Of a stretch of DNA of 64,000 bases, positions 53,891 to 64,000 are shown piece after piece. Under the pieces are notes generated by a model. The model had not been told where the DNA came from, did not search any database, and was given only the letters and a program-made list of their open reading frames with translations. The stretch covers positions 24,120,001 through 24,184,000 of the forward strand of contig NC_058383.1 in assembly GCF_018350175.1 (NCBI RefSeq), read 5' to 3'. Made by a program: the position numbers and the translations under genes. This DNA comes from Felis catus. Taxonomy: Eukaryota. Position 1 is the first letter of the stretch. Every line of letters starts with the position of its first letter.

Positions 53891-55274
53891 TGGCACAAAA
53901 ACAGACACTCAAATCAATGGAACAGAATAGAGAACCCAGAAATGGACCCACAAATGTATGGGCAACTAATCTTTGACAAAACAGGAAAGAATATCCAATG
54001 GAATAAAGAGAGTCTCTTCAGCAAGTGGTGCTGGGAAAATTGGACAGCGACATGCAGAAGAATGAACCTGGACCACTTTCTTACACCAGACACAAAAATA
54101 AACTCAAAATGGATGAAAGACCTCAATGTAAGACAGGAAGCCATCAAAATCCTCGAGGAGAAAGCAGGCAAAAACCTTTTTGATCTTGGCCACAGCAACT
54201 TCTTACTCAACACGTCTCTGAGGCAAGGGAAACAAAAGCAAAAATGAACTACTGGGACCTCATCAAAATAAAATATTCTGCACAGAGAAGGAAACAATCA
54301 GCAAAACTAAAAGGCAACCAACAGAATGGGAGAAGATATTTGCAAACGACCTATCAGATAAAGGGTTAGTATCCAAAATCTATAAAGAACTTATCAAACT
54401 CAACACCCAAAAAGCAAATAATCCAGTGAGGAAATGGGCAAAAGACATGAATAGACACTTCTCCAAAAAAGACATCCAGATGGCCAACCGACACATGAAA
54501 AAATGCTCAACATCACTCATCATCAGGGAAATACAAATCAAACCCACAGTGAGATAGCACTTCACACCTATCAGAATGGGTAACATTAACAACTCAGGCA
54601 ACAACAGATGTTGGTGAGGACACGGAGAAACATGATCTCTTTTGCATTGCTAGTGGGAATGCAAGCTGGTGCGGCCACTCTGGAAAACAGTATGGAGGTT
54701 CCTCAAAAAGTTAAAAATAGAACTACCCTATGACCCAGCAATTGCACTACTAGGTATTTATCCAAGGGATACAGGTATGCTGTTTCAAAGGGGCACATGC
54801 ACCCCAATGTTTATAGCAGCACTATCGACAATAGCCAAAGTATGGAAAGAGCCCAAATGTCCATCGATGGATGAATGGATAAAGAAAATGTGGTATATAT
54901 ATACAATGGAGTATTACTCGGCAATCAAAAAGAATGAAATCTTGCCATTTGCAAATACATGGATGGAACTAGAGGGTTCTAGCAAAATTAGTCAGTCAGA
55001 GAAAGACAAATATCATATGGCTTCACTCATATGAGGACTTTAAGACACAGAACAGATGAACATAAGGGAAGGGAAGCAAAAACAATATAAAAACAGGGAG
55101 GGGGACAAAACAGAAGAGACTCAAATATGCAGAACAAACAGAGGGCTACTGGAGGGGTTGTGGGAGGAGGGATGGGCTAAATGGGTAAGGGGCATTAAGG
55201 AATCTACTCCTGAAATCATTGTTGCACTATATGATAAATAATTTGGGTGTAAATTGAAAAAATAAAATTAAAAA
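53891..55274 (+). mobile_element. Relatively young 5'-truncated feline L1
   Basis: Long ORF2 C-terminal frames; perfect 16-bp TSD AAGGAAGAACATTTTT at 53875-53890 and 55275-55290. Confidence 0.95.
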
Positions 55275-55290
55275 AAGGAAGAACATTTTT

Positions 55291-55356
55291 ATTTATTTAT
55301 TTTAATATATGAAATTTATTGTCAAATTGGTTTCCATACAACACCCAGTGCTCATC
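55291..55356 (-). mobile_element. Ultra-short feline L1 3' tip
   Basis: tttattgtcaaattggtttccatacaacacccagtgctcatc, the same L1 3' end as at 25445. Confidence 0.8.
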
Positions 55357-55832
55357 TTTTTAAAGATAATAATGGCCTCCTATAGTTGAGACAGAATTTA
55401 TTCCAATTTTCTGAGGCCTCCCCTTCAAAGAAGAAAGCTGCTTTTTTGTGTTTTTTTTCTCTCTCTCTCTGACAAATGAGTCTCAGGACAAATGCTCCTA
55501 AAATTACCATATCTATTGTGAAACGGACTTTTTAGGTCATGTGATGGAGTTACTGGAGGTGGGGATAGAGAGGAGGAACCCTGTCAAAGACCTGTAGGTC
55601 AGGTTCAGTCCTATCACTTCAGCATGAGGATCCCAGCTCTAACACAGTGCCCAGAATATGAGAGGCACTCAAAAATAATTTTATGGACTTAAATAAAGTA
55701 CAGGATTTTCCCCAAACTGTGAACTTAATTGTCTACTAATGTCTTTAGTCCATTCCTATTTACTTATTTATTTATTTATTTATTTACTGCCTTCTGGGGA
55801 AAGAGAAATTTTGTGAAGCCCCTTACCCTTAC

Positions 55833-56049
55833 CGAACTGAAGAGTGGCATCTATGAGGACACTGAAAATGCCTGAAAGGTAGTTGAATAGGACAAGCTTG
55901 ATGTAGGCAGAAGTACTTTTAGTAAACAGAAAGCTCAGCAGGTACATGAGGGGAATGACAGACCAGCCATATAGCATGAAGATCAGCATTGTGTCCAGAA
56001 AATGGTAGTCTGTGATGTAAATATCCAGTTGGCAGAATTTGAATGCTCC
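55833..56049 (-). CDS. ABCA-like exon (217 nt; 223 nt with the alternative donor), TMD2
   Basis: cag|GAFKFCQLDIYITDYHFLDTMLIFMLYGWSVIPLMYLLSFLFTKSTSAYIKLVLFNYLSG...LQF g|gtaagg; ABCA LYGWxxIPLMY motif. Confidence 0.95.
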
Positions 56050-57557
56050 CTGAAACACAGAAGACACAGAAATAAGGCAAAGTGAAGGGCAACTGCAAAA
56101 ATAATGCAAGCCAGAATGTTTAGAGAAGAAGATAGCAAATCCCATCACTATTTAGCATGGAAGTATTCATTAATTACATCAGCCTCTAAAAAGGTCATTA
56201 GCCTAGGAGCATGAAGTAAGATACTTCTACGTCTGCTTCAGTAGAGGACAGCTCAATGAGTAGAACCAGTATAATTCCCTTTATTTTTTTCTACTTGGAA
56301 TGATTTTTTAATTAACAAACAAAGTCAGTATACTTTCCCCCAAAAGTAGATTATTTCTCCAGAAAGCCTATTTCTCTAAAGATTGTTTATCTCTGGTTAT
56401 ATATATTATTTATCATACCTTTAAACCAGGTCTCCTGATTCTATTCTATTCTCCCACTCCTATCACATCCACCCAAGCAACTCTGGGGCCTCTTTCTTCC
56501 ATTTTTCTAATTGAAATTTAAAAACAGATACCGAAGCACAAAATTAGAGGTACCTAAACTGAATGGAAGATGGTGGTGGAGAGAAACCTGTAGTTGTTAA
56601 AGCAAAAAGATTTCTAGAAATCTGTATCTCATTAGTTAGTAAATGCAGTTTCTCCACAAATGTCAGCATTGTCTCTTTGGGCAGTTACACAATTACATAG
56701 CAGGACAACCAAGGAGAAAATAATACAGTTAAGCTAAGAATGGTTATGCAATTGATTACTGATACTCTTGGTGGTAGTAGCAGTAGCAATCGAAAGGATT
56801 AGTAGGTTATTTATTTAAATCCAGTATCTGTAGCTATGGTTGGTTTGTTTCTGAATGAGCATTCTGTAAACTTAAACAGAATAAATACAATGAGGTAGTC
56901 AAATAAAAGTTGGGGTGATCTAGAAATCTCTGTGTTTGAAGGCTTAAAATCCTTGAAAGTCACAAATCATAAGTTATCTCAAGGAAAAGTTAAATTCCTA
57001 CTTGGATATGTAATATATTCTGTTCTTTGACAAGAAGACTGCATACTGTGAATATGTAGATTCTACCCAAATTGATCTATAAAAAACATGCACACAAGGT
57101 TTTTAAGTAAATATTTCAACCTCTTTATTATGAAATGTAACACATGCCCAGAATAATGCATAAAACATAAATGAATTATCACATTTTATTATCACAAAAC
57201 ATCGCGGGCAACTACACCATGCCAGTACCCAAAGAAATCAATCATGAACACCTTCAACTCCTGTAAAAGTAACCACTATTCTGAAATTTATCAATACTTC
57301 CTTATATTTCTTAATAGTATGATATGCATGCATTCCTAAATACTAAAATATGTATTAACTGTATTTTTTATGAAATTTTTATGATTGTAATTATACAATA
57401 TATATTTTTTGAATTTGGATTCTTACACTCAGCATTATGTTTGTGTGATTCATTCATGTGATGAATGCAACCTTAGTTCACTCTTTATCATTGCTGTAGA
57501 AGATTCCTTTGAGTTTTACTTTTGATCGATAATGGGTTGCTTCCAAAGTTTCATCAC

Positions 57558-57685
57558 TGTAGTAGCTTTGTTAGGGCTGCCGTAACCAGATAATGTGGAC
57601 TGGTGGCTTAGGCAACAGAAATTCATTTTCTCACAGTTCTAGAGGCTGGAAGTCCAAGATTAAAATGCCAGCAGGGTTAGTTTTT
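57558..57685 (-). mobile_element. MaLR LTR (MLT1B-like), left part
   Basis: ggcttaggcaacagaaattcattttctcacagttctagaggctggaagtccaagat; continues at 63258. Confidence 0.8.
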
Positions 57686-59574
57686 TATTTTATTTTCTCT
57701 TTTTTTATTATTTCTGAAAAATTTTATTCAAACATGTTTTTCTAGTTACAGAAATAGAACATGTTCAATGTAGAAAAACTAGAAAATGCACATATGCATA
57801 GGAAAATACAAAAATACTCAAAGTTCACAGCTCAGAGAACTTCATTATTAAAATGTGAACATCTATCACTTCAGACTATTTCAACTGCATACACTTCTAT
57901 ATTTTTTCTTATAATGGACTAAATTTTTGATTACTTAATGCTTTTCATGAGAAAAATATACTTTTCTAGTAGCTTCTTAGTAGTTCAATATCATTCTTTT
58001 ATATAAATGTATCACAATTTACTTAGGCAATTTTTAAAAGTTTTTATTTAAATTCCAGTTAACATACAGTGTAATATTTCAGGTGTATGATTTAGTGATT
58101 CAACACTTCATACAATACCTGGTGCTCATCACAAGTGCACTCCTTAACCTTCATCACTGATTTCACTCATCCCTCCACCCCCTTCCCCTCTGGTAATCAT
58201 AGGTTCGTTCTCTATAGTTAAGAGTCTGTTTCTTAGTTTGCCTCTCTCTCTCTTTTTTCCCCCATGGTCATTTGTTTTGTTTCTTAAATTCCACATATGA
58301 GTGAAATCATATGAGTGGTATCACATGTCTTTCTCTGACTTATTTCACTTAGCATAATACCCTCTAGCTCCATCCATGTGTTTGCAAATGGCAATACATC
58401 ATTCTTTTGATGGCTGAATGATATTCCATAATATTACATTCCAAACACTTGGGCTGTTTCCATTATTTGGCTATTGTAGATAATGCTGCTATAAACACTG
58501 GGGTGCATGTAGCCCTTTGAATCAGTATTTTTGTATCCTTTGGGTAAATACCTAGTAGTGCAATTGCTGGATTGTGGGGTAGTTCTAGTTTTAACTTTTT
58601 GAGGAAACTCCATACTGTTTTCCAGAGTGGCTGCACCAATTTGCATCCCCAACAGTGAAGGAGGGTTTCCCTTTCCACACATCTTTGTCAACACCTGTTG
58701 TTCCTCATGTTGATTTTAGCCATTCTGACAGGTGTGAGGTGATATTTCATTGTAGTTTTGATTTCTGTTTCCCTGATATTGAGTGATATTGAACAACTTT
58801 TCCTGTATCTGTTGGCCATCTGTATGTTTTCCTTGGGAAATGATGTCTATTTATGTCTTCTGCCCATTTTTAAATTGGATTATTTGTTTTTTGGGTGTTG
58901 AGTTTAATACGTTCTTTATAGATTTTGGATACTAACCCTTTATCAGATATGTCATTTGCAAATATCTTCTCCCATTCCATCGGTTGCCTTTTAGTTTTGT
59001 TGTATTGCTATATACTTCCCTCTTAGGACTGCTTTGTTGTACCCCAAAGGTTTTGGACTGTTGTGTTTTCATTTTTATTTGTTTCCATGTATTTCTTTTA
59101 ATTTTTTCTTTGATTTTCCTGATTTACCCATTTATAGTTCAGTAGCATATTGTTTAACCTCCATGTATTTTTGGTCTTTCCAAATTTAATCTTGTGGTTG
59201 ACTTCAAGTTTCATAGAGTTATAGTTAGAAAATATACACAGTATGATCTCAACCTTCTTACATTTGTTGAGGCCTGACTTGTGTCCTAGTACGTGATCTA
59301 TTCTGGAGAATGTTCCACATGCACTAGAAAAGCATGTGTATTCTGCTGTTTTAGGATAGAATATTCTGATTATATCTATTAGTCCATTTGGTCCAGTGTT
59401 ATTCAAGGCCATTGTTTCCTTATTGATTTTCTGTTTAGTTCATCTGTCCATTGATGTCAGTGGGGTGTTAATATCCCCTATTATTATTGTCTTATTATCA
59501 ATGAATTCCTTTATGCTTGTTGTTAATTGTTTTATATATTTTGGTGCTTCCGTGTTGGATGCATAAATATTTAC

Positions 59575-60076
59575 TGTGGGAACAAGAACACCACAATGAA
59601 CACAGGTGCATATTTGTTCAGGCTCCAAGATCTCTGAGAAAACTTGAGATTGTAAGGTTAAAAATAACCTAAAAGGACTTGAGTGAATTGCCCTTGGGAA
59701 ATGTGGTCTCTTTTTTAGTACACAGATAGGGATGTTTTGCTTAAAGGAAGCCAGCTGTATATAGCACAGTGTGTTCACTCCCTTCTTTGTCTTCGCTTCT
59801 ATCCTAAAGATTCTTATCAGAACATATGTATCTGCAAGACTGCTCTTGTATGAAAGATAAGTATGATAGCTGAATCAGATGTACATTGTTGACATGCTTT
59901 GCTAAGCTTCTGTTGTTAATCATTGCTGATCTGTTTTTCCTGAAAACGTATATAAGATGTACAATAAACCTTGGTACCCCGGGCTGTTGGCTTGGGTCCC
60001 CTGTGCCTTGCTCTACTGTTGTCTTTTTTTCTCACTTCCTTCACCACCCCAAGTCCATGGCCTATTGAGGTCGACA
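59575..60076 (+). mobile_element. Solo LTR with 6-bp TSD (class II / betaretrovirus-like)
   Basis: TGTGGG...CGACA termini; perfect TSD ATTTAC at 59569-59574 and 60077-60082; TATATAA 59949-59955, AATAAA 59963-59968. Confidence 0.8.
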
Positions 60077-60291
60077 ATTTACAATTGTTAGATCTTCTTC
60101 TTTGATTGTCTCCTTTATTATGATAGAGTGGCCTTCTTCATGTCTTGTTATAGTCTTTGGTTTAGTGTCTAGTTTGTTGGATATAAGTATTGCTACCCCA
60201 GCTTTCTTTTAAGATACATTTGCATAATAAGTGTTTCTTGAGCCCTTTACTTTCAATTTGCTGTTGTCTTTAGCTCTAAAATGAGTCTGTT

Positions 60292-60454
60292 GGGCACCTG
60301 GGTGGCTCAGTCATTAAGCATCTGACTTGGGCTCGGGTCACGATCTCATGGTTCTTGAGTTTGAGTCCTACATCAGGTGAGCACGAGCCCCAATTCCAGT
60401 TAACTCAAGCCCTGCTTTGGCACAAAAAACGTGCCCCACTTCAGGGGAGCCCCA

Positions 60455-60497
<43 letters not shown>

Positions 60498-60625
60498 TCT
60501 CTCTCTTCTTCCACCTCTCCTGGGATTCTCTCTCTCTCTCTCTGCCCCTCAATCACTCATTCCCTCTCTCTCTCTTTCTCTCTCTCTCTCTCAAAATAAA
60601 ATAAAGTAAAATAAAATAAAATAGA
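60292..60625 (+). mobile_element. Atypical long Can-SINE
   Basis: SINE head, repeated gagcccc-like modules, several CT runs, (AAAAT)n tail. Confidence 0.8.
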
Positions 60626-63257
60626 ATAGTCTCTGTAGACAGCATATAGATGGGTCTTTTTTTTTAAATCCATTATGACATCCTGTATCTTTTGATTGGA
60701 GCATTTAGTCCATTTACATTCAGAATAATTATTGATAGATACATATTTAATGCCATTTTATTATTTGTTCTATTGTTGTTTCTGGAGATTTTGTCTGGTC
60801 CTTTCTTGCCTTTGTCATTTTTGGTCTCTCCTTTCCACTTGAAGATTCCCTCTTAATATTTCTTGCAGGACTGGTTTAGTGGTACAAACTCCTTTAGTTT
60901 TTGTTTGGAAAACTCTATGTCTCTTTCTATGCTGAATGATAGGCTTCCTGGATAGAGTATCCTTGGCTGCAGTTTTTCCTATTCAACATGTTGAATATAT
61001 CATGCTACTCCCTTCTGTCTTGCCATGATTCTATTGAGAGATCTACAGCTAGCCTTATGGGTCTTCCCTTGTAAGTTAAGGACTTCTTTTGTCTTGCTGC
61101 ATTTAAGATTTTTTCTTTAGCACTTAATTTTGCAAATTTTATTATAATATATCTTGGTGTTGGTCTGCTTTTGTTGGGAATTCTCTGTGCCTCCTGGATT
61201 TCGATGTTTCTTTCCTCAGATTAGGGAAATTATTAGCTATTATTTCCTCAAATTTTCTGTACCCTTTTCTCTCTTCTTCTTCTGGGACTCCTATAATACA
61301 AATGTTATAACGTTTGATGGAGTCACTGAGTTCCCTAAGTCTATTCTTGTGTTCCATGATTCTTCTCTGTCTCTTTTGTTCAGTTTCATTATTTTCCATT
61401 ATTTTGTCTTCTATATCACTTATTCATTCCTCTGCCTCTTCCACTCCACTGTTCACTGCATCAAGCTTGTTTCCAATCTCAGTTATTGCATTCTTTATTT
61501 CTGACAGATTCTTTTTTAACTTTTTTATCTCTGTGGTAAGGGCCTCTCTGATGTCTTCCATTCTTTTCACAAGCCCACCAAGTATCCTTATAACTGTTGC
61601 TTTGAATTCTCCATCAGGCATGTTACTTATATCTGTTTCACTCAGATCTCTGGCTGTGGCCTTATCTCGTTCTTTCATTTGGGATGAATTCCTCCATCTT
61701 GGCATTTTTGTCCACGTCTCCCCTGCCTTCTCTGTGTTAGAAAAGCCTGTAATGTTTTCTGTTCCTGAGAGTAAGTGGCTCTAGGAAGGAGGGGTCATAT
61801 AGTGTCCAGAGTCTGGTGCCTTACTGTCTCTGGTGCATGTCGCATACACTCTGCATTGTGTTCTGGCTGCTCTATCCTTCAGACCAGTTGTCTGCAGAGG
61901 CTCTCCTTGCCTGCAGTGGGCAGTGTTTAGTCCTTGGCCAGAATGTGTTGAGTTTTAACTAGGTGTGCTCTAGTCTGCTTATTAAATGAGACCATACTAC
62001 TTCTAGAAGATCTGCAGAACTCTCTGGTCGGGAGACATGGTGTGATGAGGGATTTCTGCTGGTCTTCTGGGGAAGGGGACCACTGCACTGGGACTGAGTC
62101 ATGCTTGACTGAGATGGGCCGTCCCGCCAAAGCACAGGGACATGGGACTTGTTGTAAGCAGGTTAGGAATCCTGTGTCAGTGCTGTGCTGCTTCCCTCAG
62201 GTGGCTGTGCATTTATGATGAGGAGCAGGTGAATGAAATGGCACCAGCCAGCTCCTTTGTCCCCAGAGACATGTTTCTGTGAATGTTGCCCCTCAAAAAA
62301 GCACTACTGGAAGAGTGAATAAGCTCCCCACTGTGTGTCTCAGGTGTTTTTCAGATCGCTGTTTCCATGCTGTTTGCCTCTGAACTGTTCCTGCCTTCTT
62401 TCCAGGGAGCAGCACAGTGTCCTCTGAGCTCTATCCCAGCCAGCCTGCTGACCTTTAAAGTTCCAGGCTTTAAAGACATGGTGTGGGCAGGGGCTTGGCT
62501 GGTCTTCAAGGGGAAGGACTCTCTATGCTGTACTGACACAAGCTTGACTGAGAAGAGAAGTCCTGCCAGAGTACAGGGGTGTGGGGTTTGGTATCAGCAA
62601 GTTAGTCAGCCTTTGTCAGCACTGCACTTCTTCCAGGTGGCTCTGTATTTAAGCTAAGGGGTAGTGGAAGGAAATGGGGCCAGCCACCTCCTTTGTCCCT
62701 GGAGAGGCATCTCCATGAATGCTGCCTCTCAGGGATGCCCTCCAAGAAGAGCAAATAATCGCACCCCTGTGTGTCCCAGGCATTCTTCAGATTGCTTTTT
62801 CCACATCATCTGCCCCTAGGTTGTTTGCTGCCCTTCTCTCCAGAAGCAGGATAATGACTTCAGGGATCTAGCCCACCCAAGCCCCCTGACCTTTAAAACT
62901 CCAGGATTTAAGCCCTGGTGGTTGCAAGAACTCACAAAAATCATTCCCTCTCATTTTCCCAGCCAGTGACCTTGGGGAAATGATTTCCTGTGCACTCCCC
63001 TGTGTGCTCTACTCTCTCTCACCCTTCTCCATTACCATGGCTCTCTCCCATCCACAGCACCTGTTATCTTTTTCTCCCCTAAACCATCTCCACACTTCCT
63101 ACCTTCTATGATGTGGCTTCTTTTCTCCCTTTAGTTGTGGAGTTAGCTTTGTCAGTCTTTAAGTTGACTTCTGGAGTATTTAGAATGATTTGATAGTTAT
63201 CTAGTTGTGTTCGTGGAAGGAGATGAGTCTAGCATCATCCTACTCTGCCGCCATCTT

Positions 63258-63489
63258 AGGGTTGGTTTTTCTAAGATCTTTCTCCTTGGCTTGCAAGTGG
63301 CCACTTATTGGCTGTGTCCTCAATGGTCTTTACTATGTGCATGCACACTCCTTGTATCTCTTTGTATGTTCCAATATCCTCTTCTTATGAAGGATACCAG
63401 TCAGATTGGATTAGGACCTACCCTAACTACTCCATTTTAACTTAATCACCTCTTTGAAGGTCCTATCTACAAATACAGTTAAGTTACAT
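63258..63489 (-). mobile_element. MaLR LTR (MLT1B-like), right part
   Basis: tcttatgaaggataccagtcagattggattagg...ttttaacttaatcacctctttgaagg. Confidence 0.8.
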
Positions 63490-63562
63490 AATTAGAGAAT
63501 AGGAATTTTCCATGGGGTACAGAAGGAAAATGAGCCCTCAAGAAACTGTATCTAATACTTAC

Positions 63563-63767
63563 TAGTAGTAAGCAGCAGGTAATAAAGAAGATGATGAAAT
63601 CCCACAGTAGAGCAGAAAGCCAGTACACAGGGACATAAACCCCACTCAAAAATTGGATGTGCTTTGCCTTAGTGATCTGTTCGGTCACTGTCAGGAGACA
63701 AAAGCCACTGATCAAAAGAGCCATGCCAAAATGTATATTTAAGGCCACGTGGAGTCCATTTGACAAT
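63563..63767 (-). CDS. ABCA-like exon (205 nt), TMD2; the gene continues beyond the window
   Basis: gtag|LSNGLHVALNIHFGMALLISGFCLLTVTEQITKAKHIQFLSGVYVPVYWLSALLWDFIIFFITCCLLL|gtaagt; ABCA KAKHxQxxSGV...WD motif. Confidence 0.95.
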
Positions 63768-64000
63768 CTACAGAATAAGGAACAAAAGTAGATATATCAG
63801 AAAATCAATACAGCAGAAACAAATTTCTAGCAATAGGTATTTTTAATTATCTAAATGTAATCATATAGCATAGTAGACATGCATTTAAAATATCAAATTT
63901 TAATAAAAAGGATAACATACGTTGCACTTTGTTTTTTATGCCTAAGGTATGGCTGAGGCTTATTGAAGACTGTTAAAGAAGCATTAGAGCCAGCAATGGT

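Larger units (their letters stand above)
57686..63257 (-). mobile_element. L1 with intact 5' end, internal ORF2 deletion and 3' transduction
   Basis: 5' end AAGATGGCGGCAGAGTAG (YY1-type), ORF1 start at 61705, ORF2 start near 60756, 3'UTR to about 58031; TSD AGGGTTAGTTTTT (57673-57685) / AGGGTTGGTTTTT (63258-63270). Confidence 0.88.

Noticed and set aside
53891..55274. Active L1
   Set aside because: 5'-truncated and frameshifted; no L1 in the window has a complete ORF2

Overview
Mammalian, AT-rich and repeat-dense nuclear DNA from a felid, judged from about 25 tRNA-derived carnivore SINEs including young Felidae-type copies. The main gene is the 3' half of an ABCA-subfamily transporter on the minus strand, most like the ABCA3-derived ABCA14/15/16(/17) group. 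Eleven exons from 63767 to 16227 splice with GT-AG borders into one uninterrupted frame of about 618 aa (TMD2, NBD2, C-terminus), with a poly(A) signal at 16111-16116. One intron carries, antisense, a full-length KRCC1 retrocopy with an intact 257-aa ORF, a decayed A-tail and a target-site duplication (TSD). About 2 kb past the ABCA 3' end lies an unassigned CpG-island promoter (NRF1 palindrome, MYB-like palindrome, candidate minus-strand first-exon donor). The remainder is L1, SINE, LTR, MIR and L2 sequence with several informative events: an L1 3' transduction, a solo LTR with a 6-bp TSD (betaretrovirus-like), an LTR inserted at the edge of a splice donor, a SINE read-through tag and nested insertions. 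No prokaryotic systems or CRISPR arrays are present. Repeat family names come from recall of consensus sequences and need Dfam/RepeatMasker confirmation; repeat boundaries are approximate unless a TSD is quoted.
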